Shown: positions 37,901 to 47,900 of the stretch, piece by piece
How positions within the stretch are numbered: position 1 is the stretch's first letter
Layout of the letters: each line of letters starts with the position of its first letter
Assembly (NCBI GenBank): GCA_036229005.1
Contig: JAZAMN010000071.1
Span: 96,001 to 160,000 of the forward strand
Origin: Myxococcota bacterium
GTDB lineage: Bacteria > Myxococcota_A > UBA796 > CAJQPC01
DNA length: 64,000 nucleotides
Reading direction: 5' to 3'
Notes under the pieces: model-generated
Seen by the model: only the letters and a program-made list of their open reading frames with translations
Database searches by the model: none
What the model was told of the DNA's origin: nothing
Made by a program: the position numbers and the translations under genes

Positions 37901-38371
37901 GATGTTCGAGGGCTTGAGGTCCCGGTGCACCAGGCCCTTCTGATGCACGTGCGCCAGCGCCCGGCACAGGTCGACCAGGATCTCCTCGCAGCGCCGCCAG
38001 CGCTCAGCGGGGTCCTCCAGAAAACGGAAGGCCCGGATGGTCTGGTGCAGGTCCTTGCCCTCCACGTACTCCATCGCGATGTAGGGCTGGCCGTAGAGAT
38101 CGCCGTAGGCGTCGACGTGGATCACGTTGGGGTGCCGCACCCGCGAGAGCGCCCGGAACTCCCGCCGGAAGCGCTGCAGCGCCGAGCCCTTGGTCAGGCG
38201 GCTGCCCTTGAGCACCTTGAGCGCCACGGGCTCATCGTTGGGGTCTCGGCAGAGCAGCACGTCGGCCATGCCCCCCTTCCCCACGCGCTTGACGTACAGG
38301 TAGGGGCCGATCCGGCCTCCCGGCGCGATGCTGTGGCCGCCGATCTCCAGGGTCTGGGGGGTCTCGCTCAC
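34955..38371 (-). CDS. Ser/Thr kinase + STAND-like (AAA_16) ATPase + TPR-like repeats
   Basis: GKGGMADV, HRDLKPSN, DFG; LVGR, GRVGMGRT, LLFDD, TEGNP; start probably GTG 38371. Confidence 0.9.
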   Translation of the reverse strand: MSETPQTLEIGGHSIAPGGRIGPYLYVKRVGKGGMADVLLCRDPNDEPVALKVLKGSRLTKGSALQRFRREFRALSRVRHPNVIHVDAYGDLYGQPYIAMEYVEGKDLHQTIRAFRFLEDPAERWRRCEEILVDLCRALAHVHQKGLVHRDLKPSNILIDPQGRAKLTDFGIVKDLDPDDAFRSGTLVGTWAYASPEQITGGAIDHRSDLYSLGILLFAMLTGYRPFDAKDMAGYLEAHTKQKPPSPRDLEPKVPKHLDEICSKLLEKSPKDRFQSAREILYRLEQLQPDRPEVGDEDWVPPLVGRGAELELLQDAVDRLTVREGGVVTLRGRVGMGRTRLLDAAEHRAGAIGIPVHRLSPRRENLYGLLTLCEQVLEAAPHAHELEEAVRELKDGRAHGDALYRLTDRLRPVMAQLLEKGPRALLFDDVQELPRRGVDLLETLIRSLVAAGQPLLVVLSVQEGGLRRDTQALLDGQELGVTPRQIRLEPLSMVAVETLVRTLLGDSGRSQALARRLHKETEGNPLFISQFLESLLQSGLIEPTPKGLRLAADTEEVRTGHLEIPRGVQQVVAQRLRDLGGAERAVLEVLAVNSGPLDLDHLLEVLGKDEDDVLDQLDALITSGLIRERRRGHQVIHETAHRLQADVVYRALDTERRVELHRALALSLEEAAQVDPRYLEQVGEHFRLAGEAGKAFVYLSDAAERMQGRSMPRLAWDLSTRAMAVEEMAATDLGPAAFREARTQLLGVRAAILYLRGEWEDCRKTCLGLLRGLEGHGPHAAAVRARATLGRCLARMEQPIKAIDQVDLALKEARQGRLRAAVAEALYARAALAFETGDLEAVQSLSEEGLLMCGRRDVVRGDLQVALSAAQAAQGQIHLASRGLEQAEALFKELGQKDSRCVALTNLAEMRTWQGQLREAQRIALEARSLAEEIHFRVGRGSALRVYGEALLEAGDDSGARKALGQALSEVQPLGVFQETIACRFSLARLSARIGDPGTTESHLAIARNLARKQDPESYLPALVALSAWACALTGDAGDARRMLKTAEYGVGKLPVPRRARVLMECARAYAVLLVNDEAERLARDAAHLSSARGLKLLDLEARRLLAALAERPQDAQAWASEADAIAESLKGELPEWE

Positions 38372-38482
38372 GCCACGCTCCAAGCGGCGCAAGCATACCC
38401 CGCTGCGCTGGCCCGGGCCTTGCACTACCTTTCGGCAGCGCCCACCATCTTCGGGCTTTCCTCACTTGATTTGGAGACAGAC

Positions 38483-38902
38483 ATGGATTCCACGGTCACC
38501 TGGAACGAGGGCATGGCCTTCAAGGTCGACGTCGACGGCTTCGAGATGACGATCGACGCCGCCCCCGAACACGGCGGCACGGGCAAGGGCCCCACCCCCA
38601 AGCCCCTGATGCTCACCGCGCTGGCCGGCTGCACCGCCATGGACGTCATCGCCATCCTGGGCAAGATGCGCATCACCCCCAGCGCCTTCTCGGTCAGCGC
38701 CGACACCGAGCTCACCGAGCAGCACCCCAAGGTCTTCAAGGAGGTCGTGCTCACCTACCGCTTCGAGGGCGAGGACCTGGCCATCGACCGCCTCAAGCGG
38801 GCCGTGGAGCTCTCGGAGACGAGGTACTGCGGGGTGAACGCGATGGTCTCGAAGGCCACCACCGTGCGCACCGTGGTGTTCTACAACGGCGAGCAGATCT
38901 GA
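38483..38902 (+). CDS. OsmC/YhfA family protein
   Basis: GPTPKPLMLTALAGCTAMDV, AVELSETRYCGV; GGAG before ATG 38483. Confidence 0.9.
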   Translation: MDSTVTWNEGMAFKVDVDGFEMTIDAAPEHGGTGKGPTPKPLMLTALAGCTAMDVIAILGKMRITPSAFSVSADTELTEQHPKVFKEVVLTYRFEGEDLAIDRLKRAVELSETRYCGVNAMVSKATTVRTVVFYNGEQI

Positions 38903-39008
38903 GCATCGACGAGGACAGGCTGAGGTGGGCCATTCCACCCGAGCCCCGTGCGATCTGCCCCAGAGACGACACAGTCGCTGGCGCCTTGCTGCGTGCTACC
39001 GTCGACAC

Positions 39009-40370
39009 ATGTGGCCCACGCTCCCTCTGACCGCCTGGCTGGCCTGCGCCGGCCCCGGTCCCAGCGCCAGCGACACCCAAGCGGCGGGCACCGACAGCGC
39101 CTGGCCCGAGCTGCCGGAGCTGGAGTCGGCAGCGCTCACCCTGGTCCACCAGGGCCTGCGCCTCTCCAGCGGGGAGACCCTCGCGGTGTCCACGGCCCCC
39201 GCCGGGCTGGACCAGCCCCAGACCCTGAGCTTCGTGCTCACCAACCGCTCCGCGCAGCGCCTGGAGTTCGACGCCGACCCGGCGGCCTGGCTGGACTCGG
39301 ACACCCTGAGCTGGGTGGAGCCGCCGCCCCAGGGCCTGGACCCCGAGCAGAGCGCCGCCTTCACCCTGGAGCTCTCCGTGCAGGGCTGGAGCAGCGGCGG
39401 ACAGCGCACGGAGACCCTGCGTGTGCCCTCCTCCCAGGTGGACTTCTCCTTGGATCTGGCCCTCCAGGTCCCCGAGCCCCTGCGCCTGGTGGTGGTGGGG
39501 AACGGCGGTTGGCTGGCCGTCAGCCACGACTACGGCCAGAGCTTCCAGGACCTGGACTACGACGTCGACGACCCCCGCTCCCGCACCACCATCGCCTACG
39601 GCGGCGGCCGCTTCTTCAAGGCCTGGGCCGACACCAACGACTGGTCCGAGCCCGGCCGCTACGCCTACAGCGAGGACCTGGAGACCTGGCAGAGCGCCAC
39701 CGTCAACGACGACTTCTGGGCCTCCCACTGCCTGTATGCCCACTCGCAGTTCGTGTGCGCCTGGGACGGCGGCATCGCCTGGTCCGAGTCCGGGGCGGGC
39801 GTGATCCACGAGCCCACCTGGGGCGGCCTGCTCAACCGGGCCGCCTGGGACGCGCAGACCCAGCAGGTGGTGTTCGCGGGCCGCAGCAGCCGCGTGGCCA
39901 CCAGCAGCGACGGGCAGGTCTTCGACAGCGACCAGCAGGTCAGCCCGGACGGCGACACCTTCTACAGCGTGGCCGTCGGCGGGGACACCTGGGTGGCCGT
40001 GGGCGGCAGCAACCGCGATCTCGTGGCCACCAGCCACGATCAGGGCGCCACCTGGAGCGTCCAGCTCCTGCGGGAGCAGCAGTACCTCTACCTGACCGAC
40101 GTGGCCTACAAGGACGGCCTCTGGCTGGCCGCCAGCATGGACGGCAGCCTCTACAGCAGCGCCGACGGGGACGGCTGGACCGCCCTGAGCCCCAACGTCG
40201 GGAGCCTGGAGATCCTGGGCGTCGTCGGCGACAACTTCCTCGCCGCCAGCACCCCATGGCAGGCCCAGTCCACGCTGCACCTGAGCCCGGACGGTGAGAC
40301 CTGGACGCAGGTACACAGCGTTCCCGGCACCCTCGCCCCCACCGACATGGCCCTGGAGACCTGGGAATGA
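39009..40370 (+). CDS. Lipoprotein with Ig-like domain and BNR/Asp-box beta-propeller
   Basis: WLAC lipobox; FVLTN..LDPEQSAAFTL; repeated SxDGxxW (SHDYGQSF, SEDLETW, SHDQGATW, SPDGETW). Confidence 0.75.
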   Translation: MWPTLPLTAWLACAGPGPSASDTQAAGTDSAWPELPELESAALTLVHQGLRLSSGETLAVSTAPAGLDQPQTLSFVLTNRSAQRLEFDADPAAWLDSDTLSWVEPPPQGLDPEQSAAFTLELSVQGWSSGGQRTETLRVPSSQVDFSLDLALQVPEPLRLVVVGNGGWLAVSHDYGQSFQDLDYDVDDPRSRTTIAYGGGRFFKAWADTNDWSEPGRYAYSEDLETWQSATVNDDFWASHCLYAHSQFVCAWDGGIAWSESGAGVIHEPTWGGLLNRAAWDAQTQQVVFAGRSSRVATSSDGQVFDSDQQVSPDGDTFYSVAVGGDTWVAVGGSNRDLVATSHDQGATWSVQLLREQQYLYLTDVAYKDGLWLAASMDGSLYSSADGDGWTALSPNVGSLEILGVVGDNFLAASTPWQAQSTLHLSPDGETWTQVHSVPGTLAPTDMALETWE

Positions 40371-41674
40371 GCGCGCTGTTCACCCTGCTGCTGGCCTGCA
40401 CCCCCGAGCCCGCTCCCCAGGACACCCAGCCCCAGGACTCCCCGAGCGACAGCCCAGCAGACAGCGGGGACACCGGCGCGCAGACCTGCACCCTGGCCCT
40501 GGAGGCCTTGGTGGACGCGCAGCCTCTGGACGGCAGCCACCACCTGGGCAGCACCGCCGAGAAGGGCGAGGCCCTCACCCTGAGCCTCACCCTGCACAAC
40601 CCCTGCGCGCAGCGCCTGCGCTTCCTGGGACACCCCGACGAGTGGGTGCTCGGCGAGGGCTTCTCCCTGGGCACCCTGCCGCCGGTCTACCTGGACCCCG
40701 ACGCCTCCGCGACCCTGGAGCTGCACTTCCAACCCGGCGACGCCGGCGAGGCCACCGGCAGCTTCCGGCTCCCCTACGACCTGCCCAGCTCCCCCCTGGA
40801 GCTGTCGCTCTCCGCCACGGTCGACGGCCCCCTCACCCTGGTGTTCGTGGGCGATGGCCGCCACGTGCTCACCACCCACGACTACGGCGCCAGCTTCTCC
40901 ACCGACGCCTACGAGACCACCGTCGCCCACGGCGACAGCCTCCAGCGCGGCGTCTGCGCCAGCCCCGAGCTCTTCGTGAGCGTGGGCGGCAACGTCGACA
41001 GCCGCTGGTGGCGCAGCGTCGACGGCGACACCTGGACCGCCCACAGCGACCCCAGCGGCCCCGTGTTCGCCGCCTGCGCCTACGGCGACGGGCGCTTCGT
41101 CGCGGCCACCAGCGACGCCCCCTGGACCTCCACCGACGGCCTGAGCTGGAGCGCCGGGAGCGGCGACTACGCGGGCGGGCACCTGCGCGCCATGGCCTTC
41201 TCCGGGGGCACCTACGTGGCCGTCGGGGACAGCGGCAAGGTCTCCGCCACCACCGACGGCAGCACCTGGCAGATCGAGCACCACCTAAACGTGGGCGACC
41301 TGGGCGCGGTGGCCGGGCACGGACAGACCTTCGTGGCCGTGGGCGACGGGGGCACCGTGGTCACCTCCACCGACGGCGCGCAGACCTGGAGCCTGCTCTC
41401 GGTGGGCAGCGCCGACCTCAGCGGCGTCGTCTGGGCCCAGGACCGCTTCGTGGCCGGCGGCGGCGGTCAGCTCCACAGCTCCCTCGACGGCACCACCTGG
41501 TCCAGCGTGAATGCCGGACCGGACCGACCGGTGCTGGCGGTGGGCCCACAGATCTTCGCGCTCTCCGGCGCCTCTGTCCTCCTCTCCGAAGACGGCGGAT
41601 TCTCCTGGACAACGCTCTACACCTGGACGGGCGGACTGGGCGTCAGCCGCGCCGCCGCTGGGGGGACCCCATGA
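40367..41674 (+). CDS. Lipoprotein with Ig-like domain and BNR/Asp-box beta-propeller (paralog of upstream gene)
   Basis: LLLAC; LTLHN..LDPDASATLELHFQP; at least 6 SxDGxTW repeats; ATGA overlap. Confidence 0.8.
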   Translation: MSALFTLLLACTPEPAPQDTQPQDSPSDSPADSGDTGAQTCTLALEALVDAQPLDGSHHLGSTAEKGEALTLSLTLHNPCAQRLRFLGHPDEWVLGEGFSLGTLPPVYLDPDASATLELHFQPGDAGEATGSFRLPYDLPSSPLELSLSATVDGPLTLVFVGDGRHVLTTHDYGASFSTDAYETTVAHGDSLQRGVCASPELFVSVGGNVDSRWWRSVDGDTWTAHSDPSGPVFAACAYGDGRFVAATSDAPWTSTDGLSWSAGSGDYAGGHLRAMAFSGGTYVAVGDSGKVSATTDGSTWQIEHHLNVGDLGAVAGHGQTFVAVGDGGTVVTSTDGAQTWSLLSVGSADLSGVVWAQDRFVAGGGGQLHSSLDGTTWSSVNAGPDRPVLAVGPQIFALSGASVLLSEDGGFSWTTLYTWTGGLGVSRAAAGGTP

Positions 41675-43563
41675 TGCTCCTGGGACTGCTGGCCCTGGCC
41701 TGCGAGACGCCCGAGACCCAAGACACCCAGGTCTGCGTGACCGACGCGGTCTTCTTTGAAGAAGAGGTGGCGCCGGTGCTCTCCGACTGCGTGGGCTGCC
41801 ACCTGGAGGGCGGGGTGGCCTCCGAAGCCCGCTACGCGCTGGCGGTGGGCACAGACGAGGACACCCTGGCCGCGAACCGCGCCGCACTCGAGGCCTTCAT
41901 CCTGGACACCGAGGACGGCGCCGATCTGCTGCTGGACAAGCCCAGCGGGCAGATCTCCCACGCCGGCGGCCTGCGCATGGACCGCTCGGACCCGGCCTAC
42001 GCCGCCCTCCACGAGTTCGTGGCCCGCACCCAGGACCCCGGCGGCTGCGCGCACCCCGGCACGCCCCTGCCCACCTGCGACGGCGGCGAGCTCCAGGGCG
42101 CGCCCATCGCCCCCCGGCGCCTGACGGACGCCCAGATCCGCAACGCCGCCCGGGACCTCTTCGGCGTCGACCCCGGCCCCGGGGTGTTCCCGCCCAGCGT
42201 GCGCGGCAAGGACTTCCGCACCTTCGCCAGCGCCAACCCGGTCAGCGGACCGGACGCCGAGCAGCTCATGCTGGCCGCCGAGACCGTCGCCGAGCTGGTG
42301 GACGTGGACGCGCTGCTGGCCGGCTGCGCCACCGACGCCTGCGCCCACGACTGGGTGCTGGAGACCGCCGAGCGCGCCTACCGGCGCCCCCTGACCCAGA
42401 AGGAGCAGCAGATCGCCACCCGCTTTGTGGACGCGGGGCTCTCGGTGGACGAGGGCGTGCGCATGTCCATCATGCTGCTGCTGCAGTCCCCGCAGTTCCT
42501 GTACCTGGACGCGGTCCCCGAAGACTCGGGCGTGCTGGACGACCACGCCATCGCGGCGCGGCTGGCCTTCTTCCTGACCGACACCCTGCCCGACGAGACC
42601 CTGCGGGAGGCGGCTGCCGCCGGGGAGCTGCACACCCGCGAGCAGGTCGCCGCCCAGGCCGCCCGGCTGGTCCAGGACCCCCGCGCTCTGCGGGCCGTGG
42701 AGAACTTCCACGACGACTGGCTGGACGGCTACCGCATGGACGGCGCTGAGCGGGACGCCAGCTACTACCCGCACTTCTCCGAGGCCACCCTGGCCAGCAT
42801 GCAGGCCGAGATGGACCTGATGGTCACCGAGGTGCTCTGGGGCGGCGAGGCCACCTTCGCCAACCTGATGTTCAGCCAGACCACCTGGGTGGACTCCGAA
42901 CTGGCTGCCATCTACGACCTGCCCGATCCTGGCCCCGGCTGGCACCGGGTGGAGCTGGGGCCGGAGCGCCCCGGGGTCCTGACGCGGGCGGGCTTCCTCA
43001 CGGGACACGCCTACACCGCGTCCAGCTCGCCGGTGCAGCGGGGGGCCTTCGTGCTGCAGGAGATGCTCTGCGAGGAGCTGGTGCCCCCGCAGGACGTCAA
43101 CATGGACCTGCCCCCCGAGTCCGAGGAGGCCGAAACCATCCGCGAGCGCCTGGCCCAGCACGCCGCCGACCCCGCGTGCGCGAGCTGCCATGACCGCATG
43201 GACCCCATCGGCTTCGCCTTCGAGAACTTCGACGCCGTGGGCTCCTGGCGCGATGCCTGGGAGTCGGGCATCCCGGTGGACGCCACCGGCAGCCTCGCGG
43301 ATCCCGCTGGGGACTTTGACGGCGCCGCCGAGATGCTGGGCAGCGTGGCCACCTCCGAGCGCGCCATGCGCTGCTACGCGCAGCGCTGGTACGAGTACGG
43401 CCAGGGGCGCCCGGTGGACGACGCCGACCTGTGCAGCCTGAGCGCCGTGCAGGCCCGCTTCGAGGCCTCGGGCGGCGACATCCGTGCCCTGATGGTGGAC
43501 ATCGCGGTCAGCGACGCCTTCCGCGCCCAGATTCCCTCCGAGACCGCCCAGGAGGCCGAATGA
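41671..43563 (+). CDS. DUF1592/DUF1588/DUF1585-type lipoprotein with two CxxCH heme-c motifs
   Basis: CVGCH; RRLT..N..RDLFG; RAYRRP; LQSPQFLY; RPGVLT; SSPVQRG; CASCH..DPIGFAFENFD. Confidence 0.9.
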   Translation: MMLLGLLALACETPETQDTQVCVTDAVFFEEEVAPVLSDCVGCHLEGGVASEARYALAVGTDEDTLAANRAALEAFILDTEDGADLLLDKPSGQISHAGGLRMDRSDPAYAALHEFVARTQDPGGCAHPGTPLPTCDGGELQGAPIAPRRLTDAQIRNAARDLFGVDPGPGVFPPSVRGKDFRTFASANPVSGPDAEQLMLAAETVAELVDVDALLAGCATDACAHDWVLETAERAYRRPLTQKEQQIATRFVDAGLSVDEGVRMSIMLLLQSPQFLYLDAVPEDSGVLDDHAIAARLAFFLTDTLPDETLREAAAAGELHTREQVAAQAARLVQDPRALRAVENFHDDWLDGYRMDGAERDASYYPHFSEATLASMQAEMDLMVTEVLWGGEATFANLMFSQTTWVDSELAAIYDLPDPGPGWHRVELGPERPGVLTRAGFLTGHAYTASSSPVQRGAFVLQEMLCEELVPPQDVNMDLPPESEEAETIRERLAQHAADPACASCHDRMDPIGFAFENFDAVGSWRDAWESGIPVDATGSLADPAGDFDGAAEMLGSVATSERAMRCYAQRWYEYGQGRPVDDADLCSLSAVQARFEASGGDIRALMVDIAVSDAFRAQIPSETAQEAE

Positions 43564-44945
43564 GCCGCATCAACCGCCGCGCCTTCCTCCGCGCCGGCGC
43601 CGCTACCCTGGCCGTGCCCGCCCTGACGCGCTTCCGCAGCGCCCACGCCGCCACCTATGGGCTGCCCAAGCGCATGCTGGTGCTGCACAGCCCCCAGGGC
43701 ACCGTGATGCGGGACTGGGTGCCCACCGGCAGCATCGAGGACTTCGCCCTGGGGCCCATCACCTCGCCGCTGGCCCCCTTCCAGGACCGCATCATCGTGG
43801 TCGCCGGCTGCGACAACAAGATGCCCGGCTACAACAGCGTCGGGAACGCGCACTACAACGCCAACCAGACCTTCCTGACCGGCCGGCCCTTCGCCGCCCA
43901 GGACTCGGCGGCCATCTCCGCGGGCGGCCCCAGCATCGAGCAGGTCATCGCCAGCCGCATCTCCACGGAGACCCCCTTCCCCCGCCTGGACTTCGCCATC
44001 GGCGGCAGCGACAACGGCACGGGCTTCTTCACGCCCACCGAGAGCAGCTACTTCTGGATCGACGCCTACGACCCGGTCTCCTACTTCAACGACCCTGTCC
44101 TCGCGTCGCTGCGGATCTTCGGGGATGCCTCGGTCGCGCCCGCGGACCAGTGGGCCGAGCGCGCGACGCGGGCCAGCGTGCTTGGCGGTGTGCTCGCGAA
44201 CTTCGACGCGCTCTCCCCCTCCCTCTCCAGCGAGGACCGCAGCCGCCTGGACGCCCACGCGGAGAAGGTGGCCGCCCTGGAGGCCCGCATCGCCTCGGGC
44301 ACCGGCGCGTGCACGCCGCCCACCCTCAGCCTGCCCTCGGACTACGACCTGGCCGACGACGACGACGTGACCGCGCCCGTGATGGCCGACGTGCTGATCA
44401 CCGCGCTGGCCTGCGACATGACCCGGGTGGCCACGCTGCACTTCGCCAACGGGCACTCCCCCACCTTCCCCTGGCTGACCGCCCGCAACGGCGGGAGCCC
44501 CATCGTGGACCCCAGCCTCTTCGACGTGTGGCACACCATGGTCCACGCCGACTACCAGGCCGGCATGGAGCTGGCCTACCAGTGGTACTACGAGCAGTGG
44601 GCCGCCATCCTGGAGCAGATGGCCAACACCACCGACGCCGACGGCGACAACCTGCTGGACACCACGCTGGTCATGATGGTCTCCGAGTTCAGCTCGGGGC
44701 GGCACTGGAACCGCAACCTGCCCATCGTGTTGGCCGGCTGCGTGGGGGACGCGCCCCTGGGCCGCTGGCTGGACTACCGACCCGGCAGCGTCGACGACTA
44801 CGAGGCGGCCAACGGCTATCTGGACAGCGCCTACAGCACCAACCAGCTCTACGTCTCGCTGCTGCAGGCCTTCGGCTACTCCGACGAGGCCTTTGGCTAC
44901 ACCGCCGACGAGCTCCCCGCGGGGCCCCTGCCCGGCCTTCTCTGA
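43560..44945 (+). CDS. DUF1552 family protein, Tat substrate
   Basis: INRRAFLR; SIEQVIA; DRSRLDAH; ALACDMTRVAT; NLLDTTLV..SE..H..NLP..AG. Confidence 0.9.
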   Translation: MSRINRRAFLRAGAATLAVPALTRFRSAHAATYGLPKRMLVLHSPQGTVMRDWVPTGSIEDFALGPITSPLAPFQDRIIVVAGCDNKMPGYNSVGNAHYNANQTFLTGRPFAAQDSAAISAGGPSIEQVIASRISTETPFPRLDFAIGGSDNGTGFFTPTESSYFWIDAYDPVSYFNDPVLASLRIFGDASVAPADQWAERATRASVLGGVLANFDALSPSLSSEDRSRLDAHAEKVAALEARIASGTGACTPPTLSLPSDYDLADDDDVTAPVMADVLITALACDMTRVATLHFANGHSPTFPWLTARNGGSPIVDPSLFDVWHTMVHADYQAGMELAYQWYYEQWAAILEQMANTTDADGDNLLDTTLVMMVSEFSSGRHWNRNLPIVLAGCVGDAPLGRWLDYRPGSVDDYEAANGYLDSAYSTNQLYVSLLQAFGYSDEAFGYTADELPAGPLPGLL

Positions 44946-44949
44946 GGGC

Positions 44950-47900
44950 TCAGCCCGGGAACAGGCCCAGGCGCTGCAGGCGCCCCACGAAGCTGCGCCG
45001 GAGCTCCTCCGGCATGCCGGAGAGCTGGCGCTGGACCAGCTCGCGCAGCTCCTGGTCGGGGGAGACGCCCAGGGTGCCCAGCAGGAGCAGGGCCTCCATG
45101 CGGAGGGCGGCCATCCCGGGGGTCTGGGTGAGCTTGGCGCAGCGCTTGGCGTGGGCCAGGGCGGCGCCGCTGGCGCCCTCGCGGATCATGGCCCAGGAGC
45201 GGTAGAGCTCCCAGCGGGCGGCGTCGCCGACGCCGGGTGGGGGCTGGGGGCTGTGCTTGAGGCCGCGCACGCCGACGGGGCCCAGGACCTGCATGCCGAC
45301 GTGGTAGAGCAGCTCCTGGCCGACAGGGTCCAGGACAGGATCCGCCAGCTCCTGGGAGACGAGGCCGGGCAGGATGGCCTGGCACTCGTCGGTCTGACCA
45401 GCGCTCATGTAGGCCTCGCTCAGCAGGAGCTGGGCGCGGGAGACCAGGTCGGGCTGCTCGGCGTTGCGGGCGATGCGCATGGCGCGGCGGGCGCGGTCCA
45501 GGGCGACCCGCAGGCGGCCGTCCAGCAGGGCCAGATCGGCGCTGTGCAGCATGCAGGCGGCGCGCTCGCGGGGGTGGCCGTCGTCCAGCTTCTGCTCGGC
45601 CAGCTCCAGGGCACGGGTGGCCCGGATCAGGTTTCCGGCGCGCAGCTCCAGGGTGCCCAGGCCCAGCAGGCTGCGGCCTTCCTGCAGGCGGTCCCCGGAC
45701 TTGCGGGCGGCGCTCAGGGCGCGCTCCCAGGTGCGTGCGGCCTCGGCGCGCTGACCGTCGGCCAGCCAGGCGTCAGCCAGGGCGCGGGTGAAGTCGTGGC
45801 GCGAGGGGTGGGAGACGGGCAGCACCTCCAGGGCGGCCTGGAGCTGGCCGCGGGCCTGGCCGGGCTCGCCCAGATCCAGCAGCGCCTGGCCCAGCAGGCC
45901 GCGGATGCGGGCCTGCTCGCTGGCCTCCAGGTGGCTCATGGAGAGGGCCTCGTGCAGGCAGTGCCCAGCCTCGGCGGGCTCGCCCTGCTCCAGCAGGACC
46001 TCGCCCTGCAGGGAGAGCATGGTGCAGGCGAGCTGGGGCTGGTCGGGCTCCGGCATGAGGGCCCGGACCTCGAGCGAACGCTCGGCCAGCCGGCGGGCCG
46101 CGCCCAGGCGGCGCCGGCGGCGCTCCCAGCTCGCGGCGCGGGCCAGCAGGGGCCAGGCCTGGGCGGGCTCGCCGGCCCGCAGCAGGTGGGTGGCGGCGCG
46201 CTCGGCCACGGAGCCGATGCGGCGGCGGTGCTTGCGCTGGAGCAGCGCGGCGGCCTGGCGGTTGAGCTCCGCGCGGCTGCCGCCGTCCAGGCCCTCCAGG
46301 ACCACCCGCAGGGTGTCCTTCTGGGCAAAGCGAAGCTGCTCCTGCAGGCCCTCGCCGGCGCGGAGCAGCAGGGGGTCCAGGCGGGGGTCGCTCAGGGCGC
46401 GGGGGCCGCCGGGGCTCAGGCCTGCGATCAGCCCCAGGTCGGCCTCGCCGTCCAGGATGGCCAGGGCCTCCAGGGCCTGGCGCGCGGCGTGCCCGATCTC
46501 GGCCAGGATGCCCTCGACGAGCTCCCGATGGGCCTGGGGTACGGGCAGCTCTCCCCCCCGGACGCGCGCGGCCGGGACGGTGAGGACGAGACCTTCGTCG
46601 GAGGCCTCCAGCCACCCTGCCTCGTGAAAGGCCTGGAGCGCCTGGAGCACGCCCCCGGGGCGGCCCTCGCACCAGGCGTGGAGGCGCTGACCGGCCACCC
46701 GGGCGGCCTTGGCGCTCAAGCCCTGGTCCCGCAGCATGGCGACGATGGCGCGGCGGGGCAGCGGGCCGCAGTCCAGGGCCTGGGCCTCCAGATCGATCCA
46801 CAGGCCGGAGCGCAGGCGCTCCAGCAGGAAGGCGGTGTCCTCGCTCAACGGCTGCCCGGTGCGCCCGGTGAGTACGTAGATCAGCAGGACCTGGCGGGCC
46901 AGGCGGTCATCGCGCAGCAGGGCCTCGATGGCGCCCATGTCTGCACGGGTGCCTCGGTCCAGGTCATCCACCAAGAGCAGTGTGGGCTCGGGTACGACCC
47001 CCTCCAGAGTCAGCTCCTCCAGGGCCTGACCCAAGGGGGCGTCGCCAGGCAGTCGGCGCTGGAGCACCCGGAGCCCCAACTCGCTGGCCTGCTCGGAGAT
47101 GGCGCCCAGGAGCGCGCTGCGGCCGCTGCCCGGGAGGCCCAGGATGGCCATCTCACCGCCCTGCCCGCGGCGGAGCTCGCTGATGCGCTGACCGGCGTGG
47201 CGCAGATCCTGCTGGCGGCCGTGAAGGCGCTGGTGGTGACCGGTGTCGGGGGCGTCCAGGGCCTCCAGAACCTCGCCGGCGGACTGGGGACGCTGGCTGG
47301 GGTCCTTGCGCAGGAGCCGCATGCACAGGCGGGAGAGCTTGTGGGGGCACGCGGGGTTGACCTGCAGAGGCGGGGGCGGGTCCTCCATCAGGTGCTTGGC
47401 CAGGTAGCCGGCGATGGAGTCGGCCTCGACGGGGCGGTTGCCGGTGAGCAGCACGTAGAAGACGGCGCCCAGGGCGTAGAGGTCGACGCGGGGGGAGATC
47501 TCCTCTTCGGTGATCTGCTCGGGGGCCATGAAGGCGACGGTGCCCACCAGGTGCCCGGCCATGGTCAGGTTGGTGGTGAACTGGTCGGGGGCCTTGACCG
47601 AGCCGAAGTCGGTGAGCTTGGGGTTTCCGTGGGCGTCGATGAGGATGTTGGAGGGCTTGATGTCCCGGTGCACGAGGCCGCGGTCGTGGATGTGGGCCAG
47701 GGCCAGGCAGAGGCCCCGCAGCAGCCGGGTGGACTCGGCGAAGCGGTCCACGCCAGGGCGCTCCTCCCAGCGGTGGAGGAGCTCTTCCAGCGTGCCGCCG
47801 CTGACGTGCTCCAGGACCAGGTAGGGGTAGCCCTGCTCCTCTCCCGACGAGAGCACCTTGACCACGTGCGGGCTGTCCATGAGCTGCATGGCCTGGAACT

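Noticed and set aside
40294..41670. 1089-aa version of the DUF1592 gene
   Set aside because: The N-terminal extension is an off-frame read of the 40367-41674 gene; the real start is the ATG at 41671 with a lipobox
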